A stretch of 63,393 bases of DNA, counting the filler. It is 8 parts of 8 records of this genome, joined end to end, with 100 filler letters (N's around TTAATTAATTAA, not from the genome) between each part and the next. Parts side by side here need not be neighbours in the genome. Positions count along the whole stretch, not along the records: positions 22,780 to 36,551 come from DRR723986_31358; positions 36,652 to 41,843 come from DRR723986_31378; 6 more parts are not named here. One strand, written 5' to 3'. The notes beneath the pieces were generated by a model, which searched no databases, was not told the origin of the DNA, and saw only the letters and a list, made by a program, of their open reading frames with translations. Positions 29,501 through 36,958 of this stretch are shown one piece after another (positions within the stretch are counted from its first letter, which is position 1; the number at the start of each line of letters is the position of its first letter). Both the position numbers and the translations under genes were made by a program.

Positions 29501-31755
29501 CGGAGGGCTGCGAAGATTACAGCATGATTGAGAGGATCGATATCTTCCCCAGGCTCACAATTACTGAACAGCCGCAGTCCAGAGAAGTATGTTTTAGATC
29601 TTCAGTTGAATTTTCCGTTGATTATCCAAATAATCAGCCAACCGTGATTGAGTGGCAGTGGCGCCGTCCAGTAGAGACGGACTGGAGTGTGGCCGTCGGT
29701 TCAGGTGATGCCAAGCGTTTTCGGATCAATAATGTCGGTCCACAACTGGACGGCCGGCGCATCCGCGTGGCGGTTTATCATTGTAACGACACGACCTATT
29801 CCAGTGAAGCGATTTTACGCGTTATTCACCCTGGGCTCCTGAGGTTTGTTGAATCTGATACGCTGGACCTGGGGCGCATTGAGTCCTGTAATCTTAGCAC
29901 TTTACAGATTATACAGATTCGCAACGATGGTCCCAGTGACTTGACGGTGCAGGATTTGTTCTCGTCAGATCCGGGAGTGTCACTGGTGGGGGCTTCTCCA
30001 AACCCGATTCCGCCTGGACAGGTTGCGGACGTCTCAATTGCGTACGAACCACGTGCCGCAGGCCTCCTTGATTTTCGTGCCGACCTGATTTTTGAAGAAT
30101 GTGATGTGCGCCGCGCAATCACAATTCTGGGTGACATCCGCGGAGAGCGGCCGCGCCTGGAGCCGGCCGCGATCGATTTTGGTGCTGTACCAGTATGTAC
30201 TTCCACCGCAACGAGGTCACTGGAGCTTGTGGCGCCGCCGGAAAACGCCCTGGAGCTGCAAGGCATAGAGCTAAGCCCACCCTTTTCTACGGACTTCGAC
30301 CTGACGACTCCCGTGTTTGTGGCTGCAGGCGAGCGCTTGCCAATTCCAGTGACGCTCAGCCCAGTTACGGAGTCAGCCCTGCTGAGCGTCGCGCGGATTA
30401 CGTACCAGGCGGTTAATTGCGTTGATGCCAATGTGCTGGAGGCGACCCTTACGGCTGATGTTGGCTCAGCTGATTTAACGGTTGTGCCTCCGGCTCTCGA
30501 CTTTGAAATTTTTGACTGTGAGCTTCCGTACAGCGCGGAATTTGAGCTAAACAATCCCAGTGCCTTTGATGTGCCGCTCCAGTTCTCAGGCGAAGTCTTG
30601 CCAACAAATGCTCCCACCAGCCTGGCGGCAGGTGCTTCCGTAAGAATTGGATTCAGCATCGCAGAAATCGACGCTTTGACGCCATTACGCATGATCATTT
30701 CGAATATGCTTTGTGGACTGGATGACACGCTGACGTTTACTCCGCGCCTGACTAAGGTTGGACCAATTGAACTGCCACTGCTGCTCGACTATGGGATTGT
30801 CCGCAGCGGTATTACTTCCGCAGCCGGTGTGGGAATTACAAATACTGGTGAAACTCCCATTACGCTGACCGCTGTTGATGGTTTGGCGCTGGGCATCGAG
30901 CCCACTAATAGCACTGACCTGCCCCGGGAACTTGCCGTCGGCGAAACATTTGAGCTTTCGCTGAACTTGCTACCGGATGGAAGCAATGGCGTCGGAACTT
31001 TAACGCTGGAGTTTGAAACACCCTGTGGTCCGCAGCAGCAGACGATCGAAGTGACATCTGACCAGACCGAATCGTATTCGCTTGGATTTTCGGCCCGCTC
31101 GGGGTTTGTTGATCTGGGGGACACGGTGGATCTGTGTTTTACTCTGATCACGTCAGATGGTTTTGGCGAATTGACTGATGACTTCAGACTCAGTTTTGAG
31201 TTTGAATATAATTCTACCATTGTTGCACCAGTTGATTTGAGCCTGGAGACGCGCCGAGACCGAGCCCGTGCAGCCATAAGAATTGACACGATTTTGCCGC
31301 CGGCGCAAACGGAGATTATCTGCATTCCTATGATTTCAGGCTGGGGGAATGCCACCAATACGTATTTTGAGATTGTGGATGTGTCGGTTTCGCTGGCCTC
31401 GTCAGAGCGCATACTGGAACCATTGACCTGGACACAAACATTGGCCGGAGTCATGTTAATATCTGGAATTGGTCAGCGGCATCTGATAAATCCCGTTCCA
31501 GGTGTCTTATCTGTGAACATATTGAACACACCGATGGACATTGGTGCGCCATTGCAGATGGACCTGCGCGGTTTGCCGTCCGATGGGGCCACGCTTGAGG
31601 TCTATGATAGCTTCGGCCGTCTGGTGTATTCAGGTCGTGTGGATGGTGGTGTCACAAATCCTTCTGTAGATTTCGGAATTGCAGCGCCCGGTGTTTATTT
31701 TTGCCAGGTGAGTGTCGGTGCTTTTGCGATCACACGCCCATTCGTGGTTAATTAA
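26575..31755 (+). CDS. Large secreted protein: SBBP beta-propeller repeats, Ig-like and ASH/choice-of-anchor-D-like domains, T9SS-type C-terminus
   Basis: Signal peptide; LYAGID, YDFHVSPGANP, LIIDPLVYSTFLGG; repeated TYYGG/SYFGG; ITEQP Ig module; C-terminal YDSFGR...PGVYF. Confidence 0.85.
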   Translation: MRSIYARIGTLLTLVFAGAVPWCAEVTAKSSEVGAHTSLFQSNGGQWASEARFLCDVPGLALWVGDTTLIFDRRLGAGDSSPDGSGHRHITRMRFSGASARAHARPADESMFSRRYFLGESAAHSSAHRALRLESLYAGIDLALEIQDGSPRYDFHVSPGANPADIAIEYEGIDSLSVQAPTELTLHSEVGNIVHRNLLAYQINADGARETVECRFRLREQNIVGFEVGAYDKTRELIIDPLVYSTFLGGYGDDQPQDIVLFDGKLYLTGFTTSRSFPDVSGVVSNTTDNKEVFVTRLAPDGASVEASAVFGGLKDEEARSLAVLPDGRVVLVGWTESGDFPVSSGSAIQDDFSVLGPRAAFLLLLEKDFQFVIHGTYYGGSGSDEIEAVQNTGNVLHCVGTTGSTDLYCLSSGALKSTLTGLTDAFYMRFVVSSGSSLDSGTIEKPTGTLLGGSSSDEGNAIQVYGSSIYVAGETLSSDIQTINNPIQSDWNGGEDMFFAILKNDISAYEYVTYYGGPQHERVESIGILDDGSVVLGGNNEGGGFRTTPNAFSTVGARESNPVVVKFKPGLGTRDYASYLGLKSPGIDFATFGDLTIDSDANIILVGSTTSKAFEVTDNAEYPELAGSADAWTIILAPGDDIDVLYSSYFGGASADIPTAVVSSGNARFHFAGFTKSAGPEFPTTENAFSRSKLNPGNSSENDGFAVHVQLGPNLITPDGGEIFCAETEVPIEWEGLFRDGSIDLALRDENNGRIELIATDIETNSSPFSWNIPDVSAPEHNFRLVLLGQNGRVLDSSATVFNIYSPPKFNEFLPEDTTVCSGTSPRLFARAGGYPEPQFIRWEQSTTGFDGSWEPAGVEPPRQVSVERHDGRFYRVVYANECDTVASPHTKLNVEEFDAIISGGGSFCVGSRVTLKIVEPADVVDRGILVRWEVDRGDGSGFRVIEGEQGASLAIDIVDASRDGWRYRVFLATPEGCEDYSMIERIDIFPRLTITEQPQSREVCFRSSVEFSVDYPNNQPTVIEWQWRRPVETDWSVAVGSGDAKRFRINNVGPQLDGRRIRVAVYHCNDTTYSSEAILRVIHPGLLRFVESDTLDLGRIESCNLSTLQIIQIRNDGPSDLTVQDLFSSDPGVSLVGASPNPIPPGQVADVSIAYEPRAAGLLDFRADLIFEECDVRRAITILGDIRGERPRLEPAAIDFGAVPVCTSTATRSLELVAPPENALELQGIELSPPFSTDFDLTTPVFVAAGERLPIPVTLSPVTESALLSVARITYQAVNCVDANVLEATLTADVGSADLTVVPPALDFEIFDCELPYSAEFELNNPSAFDVPLQFSGEVLPTNAPTSLAAGASVRIGFSIAEIDALTPLRMIISNMLCGLDDTLTFTPRLTKVGPIELPLLLDYGIVRSGITSAAGVGITNTGETPITLTAVDGLALGIEPTNSTDLPRELAVGETFELSLNLLPDGSNGVGTLTLEFETPCGPQQQTIEVTSDQTESYSLGFSARSGFVDLGDTVDLCFTLITSDGFGELTDDFRLSFEFEYNSTIVAPVDLSLETRRDRARAAIRIDTILPPAQTEIICIPMISGWGNATNTYFEIVDVSVSLASSERILEPLTWTQTLAGVMLISGIGQRHLINPVPGVLSVNILNTPMDIGAPLQMDLRGLPSDGATLEVYDSFGRLVYSGRVDGGVTNPSVDFGIAAPGVYFCQVSVGAFAITRPFVVN

Positions 31756-31781
31756 TTGAATTTTATCCTGTTTTTACGCCA

Positions 31782-34064
31782 ATGACCGGTTTTGCACGAA
31801 GGGCGATTTTCCCGCTACTCATTTTACTGTTGTTGGCCGCATGTGAAGTCGTTCTGGCTCAATCGGCAGGAAGGCGTACATCCTTGCGCTCTTCGGCATC
31901 GACGGGCCCTGAACAGGAAATCCGGTTCGGCTATTATGCCACATGGCATGCCTCGATCCACACTGCTCGATTCGGCTACCTACCTCATGTTGAACTTGCT
32001 GAGGGTGATAGTGCAGTTGCCATAATTCGCGATGGTTTTGGCTGGGCCGGAAGTGTGGGCATGGCCTTTGATATTCCTTTTGACGACCCATCCGTGCTGG
32101 GCTTTCGAATGGGCTACACGTATCGCGACGCCACGCTGGACAAGCGCGCGATTCTACCACTTATCTTTGATGGAATTCCGGCCGAAGGAATTCTTGAAAA
32201 TCGTGTGGAAGGTCAGTTTGGCCACATGCAGCTGCAGGTGTTATGGGGTTATCGCATTGGCGACCTGTTCAGGTTGAACATCGGTGGTGAAGCGAACTTG
32301 CTGTTGCATTCAAACGTCAGGCAGGTTGAAGAAATCATTGAGCCCGTCGGGGCGCAATTCATAGATACAGGCACCCCACAGCGCCTGGCATATTCTGGAC
32401 GTTTTGATTCTGCGGCTGCCGTCTATGCGTCACTTCTGATGGGATTTCAACTCTTGCCCAGTGGGGCACTTCAGGTTGCCGGTATGCACGTCATGCCTGA
32501 AATCCGGGTTACGTTTCCGCTTACGGGCATCTGGAATAATGGAAACTGGAACATACACTCCTTGCGCCTGGGCATCACTGTAATGAATCCGCCTGAGTTG
32601 CCGCCACCACCTCCACCGCGCGATACGAGCAAAGTGGCGCCACCGATAACAAAAAGAGAGCCAGTTAAACCAAGGTCTTCTGGTTCGGCTTTTGTGTACG
32701 ATACACTGGATGTGCGGCGCGATACCCTTATTAGGTCTACCAGTGAGATTACTACAAACATTCTAACACTGGATACCACACGTATGGAGCGTTCCTCGCG
32801 GCGCGAGAATGGTCAGACAATCGTGATTTTACAGCCGGTCGAAACCTGGATTCTGCATTTGCCCGAAGTCAAACCGCTCCTGGTCTCAAGTGTGGCCGCT
32901 GCATTTGTGCTTGAGAATGACTCATTGAGCAACCAGGCCAAGGTCACGCTGGAAGAATTTGTCATGAATCGGCATGTGCCGCCGTTGAACTACATATTCT
33001 TTGAGGAGGACCAGGCTAGCTTGCCGGATAGGTATGCCAAGCTGTTACCCAGGGAAGCCGAGCGTTTTACCTCGGAGTCGTTTTACAGTCAATCAACGCT
33101 GGGACTCTATCACAATGTGCTCAATATCATCGGCGAGCGCATGCGCAGACTGCCGGATGCATCGATTGTTCTGCGTGGCTACAATGCCGGAGTCGAAAAT
33201 GAAAAGAATAACTCTGAGCTGTCGATGCTGCGTGCCGAGACAGTCAGAAGTTACCTGCGTGACGTATGGAACATAGACCCGGCACGCATGCGCAGTGAGG
33301 CCTCTGACTTGCCGCCGCGGCCTTCGGCACTCGAAACCCCCGAGGGGCGAAATGAAAATCGCCGCGTCGAAATCCAGGCCTCCGATCCTCAAATATTTGA
33401 ACCGGTGTTGTTGAGCGACACCGTCCGCATCATCGATCCGCCAACCATTCGCTTCAGGACTTCCGTCGTTTCCGATGCCGGAATTGAATCCTGGCGCCTG
33501 GAAGTCTCGCAGTCAGGTCAACTCCTGAAGGACATTCGCGGTCTGGGTGAAGTGCCGCCCAATGTAGACTGGCGTATCCGTGATGACATTCTGCGGCCCC
33601 TGGCCGATGAACCCCTGCGCTACCGCCTGCACGTGCGTGACTCAACCGGCCAGGAATTCTCTACGGCCACCGACGCCGTCATCCAATTTGAACAGCGCAC
33701 GCTCAGCCGCAAACGCAAGGAGCGCCTCGGGGATAAACTCATTGATCGTTTTTCTCTGATTCTATTTGACTTTGATGAAGATCAGGTCACCGACGAACAC
33801 GAGCGAGTGCTTTCAATTATTCGTGAGCGTATCACGCCCGAGTCTCGTATCAAGGTAACCGGTTCTACCGACCGCGTTGGAGAGCAGCAGTACAACCTGG
33901 ACCTCTCACTGCGCCGCGCGCAGTCGATTGCAAAGGCACTGGGGCTGCCGATTGATAACGCGGAAGGTGTTGGTGAAGATGAGATAACGTTTGACAACGA
34001 TCTGCCCGAAGGTCGTTTCTATAGCCGCACCGTGCGCGTGTTAATTGAAACTCCTACGAAGTAA
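31782..34064 (+). CDS. OmpA family protein (N-terminal beta-barrel, Pro linker, two OmpA-like C-terminal domains)
   Basis: PPLNYIFF, LSMLRAETV, NRRVEI; LILFDFD, GSTDRVG, LSLRRA, RTVRV. Confidence 0.85.
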   Translation: MTGFARRAIFPLLILLLLAACEVVLAQSAGRRTSLRSSASTGPEQEIRFGYYATWHASIHTARFGYLPHVELAEGDSAVAIIRDGFGWAGSVGMAFDIPFDDPSVLGFRMGYTYRDATLDKRAILPLIFDGIPAEGILENRVEGQFGHMQLQVLWGYRIGDLFRLNIGGEANLLLHSNVRQVEEIIEPVGAQFIDTGTPQRLAYSGRFDSAAAVYASLLMGFQLLPSGALQVAGMHVMPEIRVTFPLTGIWNNGNWNIHSLRLGITVMNPPELPPPPPPRDTSKVAPPITKREPVKPRSSGSAFVYDTLDVRRDTLIRSTSEITTNILTLDTTRMERSSRRENGQTIVILQPVETWILHLPEVKPLLVSSVAAAFVLENDSLSNQAKVTLEEFVMNRHVPPLNYIFFEEDQASLPDRYAKLLPREAERFTSESFYSQSTLGLYHNVLNIIGERMRRLPDASIVLRGYNAGVENEKNNSELSMLRAETVRSYLRDVWNIDPARMRSEASDLPPRPSALETPEGRNENRRVEIQASDPQIFEPVLLSDTVRIIDPPTIRFRTSVVSDAGIESWRLEVSQSGQLLKDIRGLGEVPPNVDWRIRDDILRPLADEPLRYRLHVRDSTGQEFSTATDAVIQFEQRTLSRKRKERLGDKLIDRFSLILFDFDEDQVTDEHERVLSIIRERITPESRIKVTGSTDRVGEQQYNLDLSLRRAQSIAKALGLPIDNAEGVGEDEITFDNDLPEGRFYSRTVRVLIETPTK

Positions 34065-34141
34065 AACCGGCACATTGTTTCGAGGTAAGCTGTGTGCAGG
34101 AATGGCTTAACAAATCCACTGCTAAACAATTCAGGTTTGTG

Positions 34142-34789
34142 ATGACGAGTAAAACAACAGCCGACGGAATAATGGGGCAGCTGGCTTCGGCCGCCGGCCG
34201 CAAAGACGAGGCACTTAACGTCGAGCTGGCCGGTCGCATTGCCGAGGCTGAAGACGGTGGCGCAGTCAGCCAATTAATCGCCATTCTGCAGGAAGCCAAA
34301 AAGGCGTTTCAGAGCGATGCAATTAAAGTGCTCTACGAAATTGGTGAACGCCGTCCGGAACTGATCGCAGAACACGTGCCTGTGTTTAAGTCGTTGTTAT
34401 CAAGTAAAAACAATCGCTTGCAATGGGGCGGCATGTGCGCGCTGGCGCAAATTGCACATCCAGAGCCCGCCAGGATTTATGCTGAGTTAACAGACATAAT
34501 GCAAGCCGCAGGGCGTGGCTCCGTGATTACTCGTGATAATGCGGTTGCTATCTTGTTGACTCTACTACAACAGAAACAATATCGCGCTGAGATATTCCCG
34601 CTACTACTTGAACAACTGCGAACGAGCCCACCAAATCAAGTGCCGATGTACGCTGAGCGCGCGCTGCCCCTGCTGCAGTCACAGGAGTTTGCAGCTGTAC
34701 ATCAGGCTTTGGAAGCGCGCCTGGATGATATCGAAAAGGAAAGCAAACGTCGCCGTGTGCAGAAAGTAATGCAACGCCTGCAGCCCTAA
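34142..34789 (+). CDS. Conserved hypothetical HEAT/ARM-repeat-like protein
   Basis: All-helical pattern; SDAIKVLYEIG, NNRLQWGGM, SVITRD, QVPMYAE. Confidence 0.7.
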   Translation: MTSKTTADGIMGQLASAAGRKDEALNVELAGRIAEAEDGGAVSQLIAILQEAKKAFQSDAIKVLYEIGERRPELIAEHVPVFKSLLSSKNNRLQWGGMCALAQIAHPEPARIYAELTDIMQAAGRGSVITRDNAVAILLTLLQQKQYRAEIFPLLLEQLRTSPPNQVPMYAERALPLLQSQEFAAVHQALEARLDDIEKESKRRRVQKVMQRLQP

Positions 34790-34808
34790 GATATGTTAAA
34801 CACACAAG

Positions 34809-34839
34809 CTCCGGGCACCAACTGTGTTAATGCCCAGAG
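34809..34839 (-). terminator. Hairpin downstream of Cys-rich gene 1, between convergent genes
   Basis: Minus RNA CUCUGGGCAUUAAC-ACA-GUUGGUGCCCGGAG with G-U pairs, followed by CUUGUGUGUUU. Confidence 0.55.
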
Positions 34840-34883
34840 TGTTAATGTAGCATGTTTGTTATGCGTTTTCCAATAACGAGTCA

Positions 34884-35246
34884 TTAGTTGTAACAGCAGC
34901 AGCGCCAGCGGACTCTCACCCGCACCGCACAGTTGCCATTTGGCAATACTTCTGTCGTGCACTGTGACGATTTAATGTCAATGTAACAGTTTTCCGTTGT
35001 GCTACACTGACTCTCAATATCAGTCTGTGCGCGTTCAATGGCCTGTTGTTTAAATAGGGTCATGACATCGGCAGGGATGTTGCAATCAAACTGATCGCTA
35101 AACACAACTGTAGTTATCAGGTCCGAACAATCAGCAGTCCCTTGTGTGTCACCGGTCAAAGCTCTTTTTGTCGTTTCGGCAGATTGGAGGCTCAAGGTTG
35201 GTACAGCCAATAACAATACGGCTAACAATGCATACAAGCGTCGCAT
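34884..35246 (-). CDS. Small secreted Cys-rich protein, paralog 1
   Basis: Signal peptide; DCSD, SDQFDCN, NGNC, RWRCCCYN; similar to 35746-36111. Confidence 0.8.
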   Translation of the reverse strand: MRRLYALLAVLLLAVPTLSLQSAETTKRALTGDTQGTADCSDLITTVVFSDQFDCNIPADVMTLFKQQAIERAQTDIESQCSTTENCYIDIKSSQCTTEVLPNGNCAVRVRVRWRCCCYN

Positions 35247-35293
35247 GGAATTACCCCGTTTAACTAAATAGTATAGAATGAGATCTTATATCG

Positions 35294-35323
35294 ATTGCGT
35301 TTGGTGGCAGTCGGCGACGCAAT
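35294..35323 (-). promoter_or_regulatory. Candidate cis-regulatory RNA hairpin, copy 1
   Basis: AUUGCGU [CGCCGACUGCCACCAA] ACGCAAU, 47 nt before the ATG. Confidence 0.6.
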
Positions 35324-35360
35324 GAAGTCAGATCACGTTAGGTTGGCTGTAACGAGGAAG

Positions 35361-35390
35361 AATATACCCATGAATTGTACACGGATCCAA
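35361..35390 (-). promoter_or_regulatory. Putative sigma70-type promoter of paralog 1
   Basis: TTGGAT-18 nt-TATATT, in the same position as the paralog 2 promoter. Confidence 0.5.
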
Positions 35391-35653
35391 CTAAAAAAAA
35401 TCGCGCGCGCTGTGTCGAAATTCTGCTGCGTTTACTTTGTTCGACAACTTCACTTGTCTGGATGATATAAACCTGAAATCCGTCAGCTTACAGCTTTGTG
35501 GCAAAGGGTGTCTTCCTTTTGTTGCTTTAATTAAGACCAGGCTTGAGCTGCGCTCGCCTTCTCATGCCATTTTTGTTAGTTTGTGTTCCGCAAGCCAGAG
35601 GAATTTAAGCCTCCTTAGAGACCAGGCAAGGGAACTGTACTGTTAAACACAGG

Positions 35654-35688
35654 CAACCTGGGCGCTACTTGAAGTGGCGCTCAGGTTG
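35654..35688. terminator. Hairpin downstream of Cys-rich gene 2
   Basis: CAACCTGGGCGCTAC...GTGGCGCTCAGGTTG. The minus strand continues with TGTGTTTAACA, as in paralog 1. Confidence 0.5.
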
Positions 35689-35705
35689 GAAAGTTATGTG
35701 AGTTT

Positions 35706-35739
35706 TATCTGACTATGTTAACTATCTGACTATGTTAAC
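35706..35739. repeat. Exact 17-bp tandem duplication
   Basis: TATCTGACTATGTTAAC x2. Confidence 0.9.
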
Positions 35740-35745
35740 AATGCC

Positions 35746-36111
35746 TTAGCCAAAGCAGCAGCACTGCCAGCGGATACCAACTATGACAACACAGTTGCCG
35801 TTATCAAGCTGAACAATTGTCGCCTGGCGCTCTAAGACTTCAACAAAACACTCATCCGTGGTTTTGATGCATTCGTCTTGTGCCTTGCGCAGAGCGCGGT
35901 TATAGGCTTGCCGCGCGGCGGCTTCAATTACATCAGCTCCGGCATTACAGTCAAATTGATCGCTGCGGGCGCTTGAAGACTTAACATCAGAACAGTCGGG
36001 CGATGAAACAACAGCAACTGCTGTTTCATTTTGAGTCATTTCGGCAGAATGTAAGCTGACCAATGGTGCTGCCATTAACAAAGCGGCAAGCAATGCGTAG
36101 AAGCGTTTCAT
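35746..36111 (-). CDS. Small secreted Cys-rich protein, paralog 2
   Basis: Signal peptide; DCSD, SDQFDCN, NGNC, RWQCCCFG. Confidence 0.8.
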   Translation of the reverse strand: MKRFYALLAALLMAAPLVSLHSAEMTQNETAVAVVSSPDCSDVKSSSARSDQFDCNAGADVIEAAARQAYNRALRKAQDECIKTTDECFVEVLERQATIVQLDNGNCVVIVGIRWQCCCFG

Positions 36112-36154
36112 AGAAAACTCCGATAAAGTAATAATGAATATAGTGTAGTATAGC

Positions 36155-36186
36155 GTGTACGCTTGGTGGCAGTGTTAAACGTACAC
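36155..36186 (-). promoter_or_regulatory. Candidate cis-regulatory RNA hairpin, copy 2
   Basis: GUGUACGU [UUAACACUGCCACCAA] GCGUACAC, 43 nt before the ATG. Confidence 0.6.
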
Positions 36187-36221
36187 TCGCGATGTCGTGA
36201 ACATGATGGCAGTCTCAGCGG

Positions 36222-36250
36222 AATATACTCGTGTTTGTAGGCGATGTCAA
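36222..36250 (-). promoter_or_regulatory. Sigma70-type promoter of paralog 2
   Basis: TTGACA-17 nt-TATATT with an A-rich upstream tract. Confidence 0.75.
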
Positions 36251-36958
36251 GTAAATAATTTTTTTTTCTCCGATACAATCCGCATAAAAGCCTTGTCAAA
36301 TTGCCGGACAAAAGCGCTTGATTTGCCTGTTTCTGAGTGTGACAGCCGCCTTAAGCACTAAGCCACAAGGCCAATGCCCCCAGAAAGTGTCAACGTTAAA
36401 ATCCACTACATTTCGTCTTGCAATAGATGCAAACTCCTCAACAAAAACTCGCCTTACTTGGGCTCAAGCTGCCGGAGCCGAGCACACCCGGCGGCGAATA
36501 TGAGTCAGTCAACATTCGCGCCGGCCAGGCGACTGTTGCGATTCAGTTTCCNNNNNNNNNNNNNNNNNNNNNNNNNNNNNNNNNNNNNNNNNNNNTTAAT
36601 TAATTAANNNNNNNNNNNNNNNNNNNNNNNNNNNNNNNNNNNNNNNNNNNNAATGCAAATCAAGTCAAACTGAAAGAGCGGGCGAGAGCACAATGCCGCA
36701 AGTCAATCAACTTCAAGACCGATGCAATTGATTCCAACGAATCAGTTTTTTGTTGATGCTCTAACGTGTGTTTCGCTAAATCCGCAAAAATGTCGGCCTG
36801 TTAGCGCTCTATTAATAATTAGATAAAATGCCCTGCGGACAATACCGTCACTAGCCCGGATGCAGCATCGGGGGGCGGCGCAGCATTAATAGCGTCCGTT
36901 TCTGACTGTGAATTTTTGTAAATTCTGCTTGCAAGCCGATATGTAGAATCGGCGATTT

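Noticed and set aside
34790-36111. Cys-rich genes as integron cassettes with attC sites
   Set aside because: The hairpins are too short and lack proper RYYYAAC/GTTRRRY boxes. Each gene has its own promoter and there is no integrase.
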